This document shows, piece after piece, positions 29,033-38,025 of a stretch of DNA of 64,000 nucleotides. Source of the DNA: Candidatus Poribacteria bacterium (GTDB lineage: Bacteria; Poribacteria; WGA-4E; PCPOR2b); NCBI GenBank assembly GCA_965198175.1, contig OZ240245.1:2752001-2816000 (forward strand), written 5' to 3'. The position numbers and the translations under genes were made by a program. Each line of letters begins with the position of its first letter. Within the stretch, counting starts at the first letter, position 1. The notes below the pieces were generated by a model, which was given only the letters and a program-made list of their open reading frames with translations, did no database searches and was not told the origin of the DNA.

Positions 29033-30033
29033 TGACGTGTCCTCTTTCTCCGGATTACGATGCGAACATAGGTGGGTTTACCATTTATTGCTCCGTCCTT
29101 ATCTTTGATAAGCCCGTGGGATTTGACAGGAACTATATCATTCGACCTTATGTCATTGGCACTTACTATCTCAAATTGGTCTGGGTTATGCTTATCAAGA
29201 AAACTGATCGGCACTCCCATCGCTCCGTCATAATCACAAGGAATATCCGCAGTCTTATTCACATTGATGGCATCATAGTTGTCGTACTTCGGATACTCCT
29301 CGGGCGAATACTTCTTGTACGGAATCAACTCCTCGTTACGCTTGGCGTGTTCAAGGTTGGTAAACCAACTAGCATTTCCCAGCCTGCCTTTGACGACACC
29401 ATCTACTATCCTGTAAGCACTCCCCTCTTTCTTGGTGTCAACTAACTCTTGTGCATAGTCTTTCGGCACATCAAAGAGCATATCTTTCCCCATCGGGCCG
29501 TGACCAAGCCACAATTTGCCATTTTTGATTAAAGGGAACATTTCCTTATAAGTTATCGCATTCATACTCCCGACAATCAGGAATTTTTTGTCATGCTCTG
29601 CTAATTGCGCGACGTATTCTCTAAACAATGAAAATGGCGGGTTTGTAACGACGACATCCGCTTTTTTCAATAACTCGATACATTCCCGACTTCTAAAATC
29701 GCCGTCCCCCTTAAGTTCAAATCGTGCAAACTTTGTATCCTCGCCGGTGTATTCAGCACCGACAGCCGAATCCTTATCGTGTGTGCTGAACAGCTCGTAT
29801 TGCAGATTTCTGTAACAGGTTGTAATCAGTTTTTTTAGTCCGAGCTTGTTAAAGTTTAGGCGAAAATAGCTGGTGAAGTTACTCTCGGTTGGGTCATCGC
29901 AGTTACAGTAAATGGTCTTCCCGCGAAAGTGGCCTCTATAATTCTTGAGTTCTTTCTCAATATCTGCAAGCTGTGTATAAAACTTATCTTGTTTTGCCTT
30001 GTTCGCGGCGTGTAGAGGTTTATTTCCTGACAT
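29029..30033 (-). CDS. Adenine-specific DNA methyltransferase, EcoRI-methylase family
   Basis: FYTQLADIEKEL, YCNCDDP, GDGDFRS.EC, VVTNPPFSLFRE, MGVPISFL. ATGA overlap with the HNH gene. Confidence 0.92.
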   Translation of the reverse strand: MSGNKPLHAANKAKQDKFYTQLADIEKELKNYRGHFRGKTIYCNCDDPTESNFTSYFRLNFNKLGLKKLITTCYRNLQYELFSTHDKDSAVGAEYTGEDTKFARFELKGDGDFRSRECIELLKKADVVVTNPPFSLFREYVAQLAEHDKKFLIVGSMNAITYKEMFPLIKNGKLWLGHGPMGKDMLFDVPKDYAQELVDTKKEGSAYRIVDGVVKGRLGNASWFTNLEHAKRNEELIPYKKYSPEEYPKYDNYDAINVNKTADIPCDYDGAMGVPISFLDKHNPDQFEIVSANDIRSNDIVPVKSHGLIKDKDGAINGKPTYVRIVIRRKRTRQ

Positions 30034-30269
30034 ATTGTCAACCCATTTTGCTGTTTTTTTGCGTGTACAGTAATGACTTATTATGCTGAACCACCAGTTT
30101 TGTAGGTTGAATTAATCGGTTACATATCCACTGTTATCAACATATTCACGGCTTCTCATCGCCATCTGACTCGTTTTCCCTTTGCTCCCTAGCCCAACCC
30201 AACGCTTTTTTCGTCCGTGTTTGTAAATGCATCCACTCTTCGGCGATTATAATCGTATAGCCTTCGCCC

Positions 30270-30650
30270 TCACTCCGGGTTTAAAATGTCCTCAAATTCT
30301 ACACACCGATTCTCTTTCGCATATTCTCGGCACACATCCCGCCACAAACGGCTCTCCCAAAGCGCTAGAACCAAATCCTTCACTTCGGTATAGTGTCCAA
30401 ATCCTAGTTCACGTGTTAATTCCCCCTCAAACGCGCTCCAACTAACATGTTCTCCATTTATGTATTTGTTATGGTATTTCTCGCAAATATCATTTACCTT
30501 CGTCATCCGCGAATCTTGCCGCGTCCAGTTGTGTTGTATCATGAACCGGTCAAGCGGCCATTGACCCTTATGCCTGCTTTCGCTAAGTATTAAAGTAATC
30601 GCATCCGCAATCATCTCAATATGGTCTCTAATGGTGTTTTCATCCGACAT
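30270..30650 (-). CDS. Hypothetical protein
   Basis: 126-aa ORF with AAAGGA RBS. Confidence 0.6.
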   Translation of the reverse strand: MSDENTIRDHIEMIADAITLILSESRHKGQWPLDRFMIQHNWTRQDSRMTKVNDICEKYHNKYINGEHVSWSAFEGELTRELGFGHYTEVKDLVLALWESRLWRDVCREYAKENRCVEFEDILNPE

Positions 30651-30988
30651 TTAAAAATCCTTTCTGAAAAAATTCCGCGCTCCGCAATAACCTCGAGCAA
30701 ACATGATTATGAAACATTCAAAATCTATTTAATTCATCAACGCACTCCATAATAGTCCCTATGTACGCATATACGTTAAATTCATACTTTTGCGGGACGC
30801 AGCCGCGGTGTAAAATTTTTCTTAACGCGGCTCACGACCCTGAAAATTCCCATTAAACGCCATGCGTTTAGTTTACCGAATCCCATCCCTGACTGTCAAC
30901 CGTTCATTTCCCATCGCTCGCCCGCACCACGGTTCCCACCTAAGACACGCCTCATATTTCTTGCCTGCTTAACTTTCATTTAGATTTT

Positions 30989-31021
30989 GTAGGTTGGGTT
31001 AATCCACCGCCGAAACCCAAC
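30989..31021 (+). repeat. Compact GTAG REP
   Basis: GTAG-GTTGGGTT-loop-AACCCAAC. A degenerate copy starts at about 30102. Confidence 0.65.
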
Positions 31022-31134
31022 TCTGAATAGTGGCAAAATACTCCCGTCGAGAAACAATTGCATCAATCCGAGTAAAACATTGATTCAAAATTGAAAAACA
31101 TGCAAAAACACATAGTGTTTACTTGACATCCTTG

Positions 31135-31265
31135 GAGCGTGTTTGAAAAGTCTAAGTCCGTCTTCACGAGAGAAGCCATATTGGGGCAAACGCCCTGAAA
31201 ATCCCGTGGTTTTGACCCTCATGTAACGAAAATATGGGTATGCGACCTAATTTTCAAACAGGCTC
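31135..31265. mobile_element. 131-bp MITE
   Basis: 15-bp TIRs GAGCGTGTTTGAAAA / TTTTCAAACAGGCTC (1 mismatch). Diverged second copy at 43476-43601. Confidence 0.75.
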
Positions 31266-31312
31266 TTAATAACGGACTAAAAATGGCTATTGACACTTTT
31301 AGTTTTATCTAG

Positions 31313-32129
31313 GTTCTGTTGACATTTGGTTATAAGGTTGTGCATAATAGAGGAATGATGCCCATAACCTTATCTGATGCCCAATGGAGAAAGATATACC
31401 AGTTTCTTCTAAGCTGTTCCAACATCTATGTCCGGAACGAAATTGATACTCGACGATTCGTCGAAGCCCTTCTGTGGGTGACTCGTAGCGGTGCGCAATG
31501 GAGACTCTTGCCTACTGCCTATGGCAATTGGAACTCCATCTACAAGCGGTTTAGCTGCTGGTGTGACAAAGGAATCTTCGCACAGATGCACTGCTACTTC
31601 GCCTCTGACCCAGATATGGAGACACTTATTATTGACACGACCATTTGCCGGGCTCACCCATGCGCGGCTGGAGCCTCAAAAAAAACGGAGGTGCTGAAAA
31701 CCAAGCACTAGGCCGCTCTCGAGGCGGCTTCAGCACCAAGATTCACATCACAGTTGACGCGCTAGGTAATCCGCTTAGACTCCAGCTAACCCCCGGTCAG
31801 AGACACGACATAGCTGAAGCCGAAGCGTTGATAGTTGGATATGACAGTGAGTATGTTATTGCAGACAAGGGATACGATTCGGACGGTTTTATTGACGTTA
31901 TTGAGACGAATGGAGCGATGGCGGTGATACCGCCTCGACGTAATCGTGGCACTCAAAGAACATATGACAAACATATATACAAAGAGAGACATCTGGTTGA
32001 ATGTTTCATCAACAAGATAAAATGGTATCGTCGTATCTTCTCTCGTTTCGAGAAACTAGCTGCCCGTTATTTTGGATTTCTGAGTTTTGTCTCTACTCTT
32101 ATCTGGCTCCGTTGAAATGTCAACAGAAC
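31313..32129 (+). mobile_element. IS5-family (IS427-group-like) insertion sequence, apparently intact
   Basis: Perfect 15-bp TIRs GTTCTGTTGACATTT / AAATGTCAACAGAAC with CTAG on both sides. Two overlapping transposase ORFs. Confidence 0.92.
31358..32115 (+). CDS. IS5-family transposase, two ORFs joined by a -1 frameshift
   Basis: ORF A: LSDAQW, GAQWRLLP..YGNW.SIYKRF, IDTT. ORF B: GRSRGGFSTKIH, ADKGYD, YKERHLVECF. A8 run at 31678-31685 in the overlap, ORF B in the -1 frame. Confidence 0.9.
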
Positions 32130-32161
32130 CTAGTATTATATATCGTAAATTCAATTTTAAC

Positions 32162-32288
32162 AAAATAACCGCCACGTAGGCGTTAACCCCACAGATGGTA
32201 GCTTACACGATGGCGAACGATGAAAATCGTGCGTCGCAGAAGTGTCGTAGCTTCTGCTGTCCGCTGCCGTTTCGGGGTTATTTTTTTT
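32162..32288 (+). ncRNA. Candidate multi-branched structured RNA upstream of the terminase genes
   Basis: Stems TAACCCC/GGGGTTA and AGATGGTAGC/GCTGCCGTTT, hairpins ACGAT-GAAA-ATCGT and GCAGAAG-TGTCGTAG-CTTCTGC, 3' T run. Confidence 0.5.
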
Positions 32289-32471
32289 CTCGCATAGCCT
32301 TATGCAGCGTATCTCGTGAATTTAACGGAACGGCATGAAAAAAATAAACTGATGTAAAATGTAATTCACAAAATCCGCTCTACGACTAGCATTCAGCGAT
32401 TCCGGAATTACATCGGTGTAATTTGATGTAATTTTAGGTTCAACAAGTAGCACCACACCGAGGTCAAGAAT

Positions 32472-33053
32472 ATGGACGAAAATTCAACTTGGCAAGAAGC
32501 CTTAAAGGACGAAGATATCCGACAAAACATCGCCTACAACATCCAGCGATACGGTGCGAAAAAAGCCGTGCACGCAATCTATGAAAACCCGAAATTAGAG
32601 AGTTGCAGAACCGGTGACCCCGCGCAAGATCGAAAAGCCATACGCACCGCAATTCAAGTATGCAACCCTAAGAACAAAGATCGCTTCAACACGCAGAAAT
32701 ACGGCGCCGCCGTCGCAGACGCCGCGAGAGACGAACTTGAGTGCGCGGTCGTGGAACACGTACCTTACATCAAACAGTCCCTTGAGCGTATGCGCGTCGT
32801 GGACGAAGAGGCTGCAAACGCCGAAACCTTGGAAGAACTCAAAAAACTAAAACTAAAACAGGAAATACATGAGAAATATCGTTCAGCCCTATCATCCCTC
32901 ACGGGGGCTCTTCGCGTCTACCAAAACCTGCCCGACGAGTCTAGCGCCGGTGCAGCCCAACCCCGACTTAATCCGGGAGATGCGCTCCGGGAACTCCCCG
33001 AACCTCCTGAGTCGTTACGAGGCAATTCGACACCAGGGCAAAATTCTAAATGA
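32472..33053 (+). CDS. Hypothetical protein, positional candidate for terminase small subunit
   Basis: 193 aa, helical/coiled-coil C-half, overlaps TerL, same C-rich codon style. No motif recognised. Confidence 0.5.
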   Translation: MDENSTWQEALKDEDIRQNIAYNIQRYGAKKAVHAIYENPKLESCRTGDPAQDRKAIRTAIQVCNPKNKDRFNTQKYGAAVADAARDELECAVVEHVPYIKQSLERMRVVDEEAANAETLEELKKLKLKQEIHEKYRSALSSLTGALRVYQNLPDESSAGAAQPRLNPGDALRELPEPPESLRGNSTPGQNSK

Positions 33054-34758
33054 TGACGACCGGACGCTAATCGTACACATGGCTTACGTCGATCCGAGGT
33101 TCTTTGTCGAATTCTACCTCCACGACCCGGTGTCCATGTCCCCCCTGCAGCCGCACCATGTCCAACTCCTCAACCTCATCCCTTACGATCAAACCGGCGT
33201 CAAAGTCAACGTCCAAGCCCCGCGCGACTCCGCAAAGACAACCTGCTGCGCAATCTGGTACCCGCTCTGGAGGCTCTGCTTCAAATCCTTCCAACTCGCT
33301 GAAGGCGTCCCGGACGAAAAATTTATCCTAATCATCAGTCGCAGCCAACACATTGCAAAGGGCATTCTCGATAACCTCAAACTTCTAACCGAAAATCCCA
33401 AAATTGTCCGAGATTTCGGTAACCTCCGAGGTCGCGTATGGAAAAAAGATGAATGCGAGACCGCAAACGGCGTCACTATCCGAGTGCTCGGACGAAAGCA
33501 GTCGCCGCGAGGTGCACTCGTCGCCGGAAAGCGCCCGTCGCTCGTCATCGTCGACGACCTTGAAGACCCGAAACGCTGCCTGAACCCCGATTTGCGTGCG
33601 GAAGACTCGGATTGGCTCTTTTCGGACATCATGTTCGCTTCCGACATCGGAGGAAACCTCAACTGCATCTACGCCGATACCGTAAAGCACCCGGACAGCT
33701 TGTCCATGCGTCTAACCCAAACGCCCGGTTGGAAGAATGTCCACTTCAAAGCCATCCTCGACCCCGAAGACCTCTACCACCCTACCCACGAACATCTCTG
33801 GAAAGGTTGGGAGCAGATTTACGGCGACTTGACGTTAGATGACGCTGAACGAGAAGCAAAGGCGGACGAATTCTACAACTCTCATGCGGAAGAAATGAAC
33901 TCTGGCGTCGCTCCCCTCTGGCCCGAAGCATTATCCTACCTCAAAGTCCGCAAGATGATTGTAGAGCGCGGATACCACTACTGCCTCAGAGAACTGCAGA
34001 ACATCGCCCGCGACCCAAGCATGTCGATGTTCGACATGGAGAACGCAATGACGTTTGAGGTCGTCGACGAAGGCTTGAAGCGCCGCGACAGACGCATCGT
34101 AGAATGGGGTCAGATTGGCGGTTTCACCGCCTACCTCGACACCATGGGCGGGCGCGACGCACAGCAAAATTCCTATGCCTGCGCCGTCGTAGTCGCGTGG
34201 GAGCCGCTGGAGGGTGGACGTAAGCTCCACCCCGATTCATGGGCTGGTGTTAACGCCTACGTTCTGTCGTGCTGGATTGACCGCAAAGGCCTAACGGAAC
34301 AGTTCGAGAATGCCATTCTTCTCCACCAACGCGCCGAAGCCTTACTCCACAGAGCCGTACCGAAGTCGCATTTTGTCGTTGAGGAGCGTCCGGACCCAGA
34401 CCGCACCATCCGCACGTCGTACGATGTTGCGTTTAAAGATCTGAAGGAGAAGCTCAAGTTCGTAAACACACTAATCTATCACCCGCAGACGCAGAACAAG
34501 GAGGAGCGAATCGGAACGCTTGAACCTGCAATAAAAAACGGCTGGCTCGCCTTCAATCAGGTCGGCTTGCCGGGTGAGTTCATGAAGCAGTTCCGCGAAT
34601 TCCCGAATTCCGAGCACAACGACGCGCCCGACGCCGTTCAGGGTGCACTTCGCCAGAAAATCACCTCCACCCCGAAGCAGCGCGAGCACGAACAGCGGCG
34701 TAGACGCGCACGCAACGAGTCGTATCGCGAATACGGACGGCCAACCGTCCATCTATAA
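32869..34758 (+). CDS. Phage terminase large subunit
   Basis: LQPHH adenine-binding region, Walker A APRDSAKTT, Walker B LVIVDDLED, C-terminal nuclease NKEERI..LEP...FPNSEHNDAPDA. Start may be ATG 32980. Confidence 0.88.
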   Translation: MRNIVQPYHPSRGLFASTKTCPTSLAPVQPNPDLIREMRSGNSPNLLSRYEAIRHQGKILNDDDRTLIVHMAYVDPRFFVEFYLHDPVSMSPLQPHHVQLLNLIPYDQTGVKVNVQAPRDSAKTTCCAIWYPLWRLCFKSFQLAEGVPDEKFILIISRSQHIAKGILDNLKLLTENPKIVRDFGNLRGRVWKKDECETANGVTIRVLGRKQSPRGALVAGKRPSLVIVDDLEDPKRCLNPDLRAEDSDWLFSDIMFASDIGGNLNCIYADTVKHPDSLSMRLTQTPGWKNVHFKAILDPEDLYHPTHEHLWKGWEQIYGDLTLDDAEREAKADEFYNSHAEEMNSGVAPLWPEALSYLKVRKMIVERGYHYCLRELQNIARDPSMSMFDMENAMTFEVVDEGLKRRDRRIVEWGQIGGFTAYLDTMGGRDAQQNSYACAVVVAWEPLEGGRKLHPDSWAGVNAYVLSCWIDRKGLTEQFENAILLHQRAEALLHRAVPKSHFVVEERPDPDRTIRTSYDVAFKDLKEKLKFVNTLIYHPQTQNKEERIGTLEPAIKNGWLAFNQVGLPGEFMKQFREFPNSEHNDAPDAVQGALRQKITSTPKQREHEQRRRRARNESYREYGRPTVHL

Positions 34759-34881
34759 CCCCGGCAAATCCTCCCCCTTAACACGAGGGAGTTAGAGGGG
34801 GTAAGTCGCACCCCAGGAATCGGCAACGCAAAATGGCGACATTGACGCCGCCAAAACCGCACCGTTAGCAGGCATTAAATA

Positions 34882-34910
34882 TTGACCGTCCGGGTAGACT
34901 TTGATATACT
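34882..34910 (+). promoter_or_regulatory. sigma70-like promoter
   Basis: TTGACC-17 nt-TATACT with TGn, followed by hairpins and no ORF for about 700 nt. Confidence 0.55.
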
Positions 34911-35616
34911 ATCCCTGTCGACGACTCATGACAGGCTGCGTCCGAATATCTTCGCCGTGGTGCTGGGCGGCAGGGGTCATTAATCCATGTTCGCGCGACG
35001 GAGAGCGCGTCCGGCCCGCGTCGCCATATATTTGATGAAATACCCTATAATTTTCCGGAATGGAGTGTCGCCGAAAATTGGAGAAGCGGTTACTGGATTT
35101 TGATTTGATTTGATTTTAGTTACAAGAGCTAGTATAATTATTTATGGTTCTGGTTAGAAACCATTTGTCTTATCGTGCACAAAAGGAGCCCGGACGATGC
35201 TGATTTGTAAATGCAAGAAAGCAAGGTAGTTCTGGATACCAACACGCGTTCCATGCAAGAGAGCGCTTTTAGTGAAAAGTCGTCCTCAGATATGATGTGT
35301 TAACACCTCCATGTGCAAATGTTGAGTTCTCCAGTACGCTTCAGGTGAATAATTGAGTTCCCTTTCGTGTCCGGAGAAAGGAAGGCATGCCTATAAAGTA
35401 TTAATGCAATATAGGGACGATCCATGACTAGATGGTTTTCTTATATCCGAAACTGGCCACGGTTCAACAGGGATCGTGGTTTTTTTTGTGGTTATTAACC
35501 ACTAACGCTGCTGAGAAAGTGGAGCTTTCTTGCTTAGAATTGTATTCTGAATCACAAGCTGATATTAAAAGATTCCTATTTTTACGATAAGTATATACCG
35601 TCTGAAGACAGGGAAG

Positions 35617-37854
35617 TTGATGATGAAGTTGCTCGAACCGACGCCAAACACAGTCAAACAAAGGATACAGGGCATACTGCCGCCAGGAGAAGATGAACTC
35701 ATTCGAGTATCTACTGACTTGAGGTGCGATGGGCGCTTTGGCATACAGTGGATTGTCGTTACAGACAAGCGAATCATGATTATTTCCCAAGATGGCGCCG
35801 ATGGTGATGTACAAGTACCCATTGAAGAGGTCGTTGCGGTGCGGACGGAACCCCTAGTCGGCGGCGGGCGCTTGGAGATTGAGCGGAAAGCTAGCCCAAC
35901 CGCTTTAATCCCCTACTCTAACTCTATCGCGGTGAAGTTCTCCGAAGTTGCGCGCGGCATTGAACAGCTTCGCAAGGAGGAACAGTTACTAATCAATAGC
36001 CAACTTGACCGCACACGATGCGAAAAATGTGGTAAGTTGCTACCTGAGAAGGACGGCATCTGCCCGGCTTGCATCCAACGGTTAGCAACGCTGCAGCGAA
36101 TCGGGAGTTATCTGATGCCCTACAAATGGCGCTCGATTCTCCTTGCAACGGCGTCTATCATTGGAACCCTCTCGGAAATAGTACCCCCGTGGATCACCCG
36201 GCACATCGTAGATGATGCGCTTGTACCGAAGGAAGGAGCAACTGTCGATATGGAGCAACGATTCACGCTGCTAAGTTGGCTAGTGCTTGGATTAATCGGG
36301 GTCCGGGTGTTCGGTTGGGGTGCGGAATGGGTGCAGGGCTGGACGGTGACTTGGTTGGGTGCACGTGTCACAGCTGATATCCGGAGCCGTCTGTATCGAC
36401 AACTCGAGTTACTATCGCTACAGTTTTATGACAAGCGGCAGGTCGGCGCGGTGATGTCACGTGTAACAAGAGATGCCGGCAGACTACAGGATTTCCTGGT
36501 GGAAGGCATTCCCTATCTGGTCATCAATGCCCTAATGATTGTTGGCATACTGGGATTCCTGTTCTTGATGAGCTGGCGGTTGACATTGTACATCCTGCTG
36601 CCGGTTCCACTTCTTCTGGCATGGGGCGTGTTCTTCTGGCGGAGGATGCGGCGTTACTTCCGGAAGTGGGATCAGAACTGGTCAAATCTTATGGCGATGG
36701 TGAATGAAACATTGTCCGGCATTCGAGTGGTAAAAGCCTTTGCACAAGAGATTCGGGAAATTGCCGCGTTTAACAAACGGAATAAGGCGCTGCGGCGGAT
36801 AGCCGTGCGCACGGAGATTAACTGGAGAATCTTTTTCGCTACGTCGAGCTTCGTGACTGGCTTGGGTGTATTGATTATTTGGTTCTTCGGAGGGCTAGAG
36901 ATGATGAAGGGTGAACTCTCTCTGGGTAAGCTTATGGCGTTCTACGGCTACATGTGGCTTGTTTATGGTCCCATCCAGTGGTTCGGACAGGTCAACAATT
37001 GGATGACCCGGGCGTTCACTGGGGCGGAGCGCATCTTCGAGGTCATTGATACGCCGCCCGAAGCCTACGGGGATGCAAACGCGGTTCCCATGCCCAACAT
37101 AGAGGGCAGAATTGATTTCAAGAGGGTCACTTTTGGCTACGATAAGAGCAAGCCGGTTCTCCATGAAATCGATCTCGAGGTCGTACCAGGAGAGATGGTC
37201 GGGCTTGTGGGCAAGTCAGGGGTCGGCAAAACAACCACGGTGAACTTAATCTGCCGGTTCTATGAAGTAGACCATGGTGTGATTGAGATTGACGGCATGG
37301 ATAGCCGTAAAATCCGGATGGAGGATTTACGTAGCCAGATTGGTATTGTGCCCCAGGAACCGTTTCTTTTCAGCGGCACAATTGCTGAGAACATCAGCTA
37401 CGGTAAACCCGGAGCAAGCTTCGAGGAAATTATGGATGCTGCACAAGCAGCCAACGCCCACAACTTTATCCTCGCCAAGCCCGATGGCTATGATACCCAG
37501 GTGGGAGAGCGGGGAAATAAACTGTCAGGCGGAGAGAAGCAGCGAATCGCAATTGCCCGCGCTATTCTCCACAACCCAAGGATTCTGATTTTAGATGAAG
37601 CGACTTCGTCGGTAGACGTGGAGACGGAGAAGCAGATTCAGGAAGCCATTGCCCGACTAATCAAAGGGCGCACTACCCTCGCAATCGCCCACCGGCTATC
37701 AACCCTGCGGAATGCGAACCGGCTAGTAGTGCTTGAGGACGGACGCATTGTAGAGATGGGAACGCATAGCCAACTGATGGAGAAACGGGGCGCATTCTAT
37801 GACCTTGTGCAGTTACAGCAGCAGGCCTCAGAGATTATCGCAGTTAAAGAGTAG
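35617..37854 (+). CDS. ABC exporter (TMD+NBD) with N-terminal PH-like/Zn-ribbon extension
   Basis: GKSGVGKT, LSGGEKQR, ILDEATS, AHRLS. CEKC-x10-CPAC precedes the TMD. Confidence 0.92.
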   Translation: MMMKLLEPTPNTVKQRIQGILPPGEDELIRVSTDLRCDGRFGIQWIVVTDKRIMIISQDGADGDVQVPIEEVVAVRTEPLVGGGRLEIERKASPTALIPYSNSIAVKFSEVARGIEQLRKEEQLLINSQLDRTRCEKCGKLLPEKDGICPACIQRLATLQRIGSYLMPYKWRSILLATASIIGTLSEIVPPWITRHIVDDALVPKEGATVDMEQRFTLLSWLVLGLIGVRVFGWGAEWVQGWTVTWLGARVTADIRSRLYRQLELLSLQFYDKRQVGAVMSRVTRDAGRLQDFLVEGIPYLVINALMIVGILGFLFLMSWRLTLYILLPVPLLLAWGVFFWRRMRRYFRKWDQNWSNLMAMVNETLSGIRVVKAFAQEIREIAAFNKRNKALRRIAVRTEINWRIFFATSSFVTGLGVLIIWFFGGLEMMKGELSLGKLMAFYGYMWLVYGPIQWFGQVNNWMTRAFTGAERIFEVIDTPPEAYGDANAVPMPNIEGRIDFKRVTFGYDKSKPVLHEIDLEVVPGEMVGLVGKSGVGKTTTVNLICRFYEVDHGVIEIDGMDSRKIRMEDLRSQIGIVPQEPFLFSGTIAENISYGKPGASFEEIMDAAQAANAHNFILAKPDGYDTQVGERGNKLSGGEKQRIAIARAILHNPRILILDEATSSVDVETEKQIQEAIARLIKGRTTLAIAHRLSTLRNANRLVVLEDGRIVEMGTHSQLMEKRGAFYDLVQLQQQASEIIAVKE

Positions 37855-38025
37855 TGCCTGAATAGCTCCGCGATTAATCTCATTTGCCTCGATTTTTCCG
37901 CGACTCTTAGAATCTGGCAATTTGTCTCTTAAGGATAGTATTTCTATTGGACCTCACGCAACAGTCGGATATCGACACAGCATTCAAACGTGCTAACACA
38001 AACTAGGACATATCAAACAACAACA

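Noticed and set aside
31319..32115. Split transposase as a pseudogene
   Set aside because: A two-ORF layout with an A-run in the overlap is normal for this IS group, and the TIRs are perfect.
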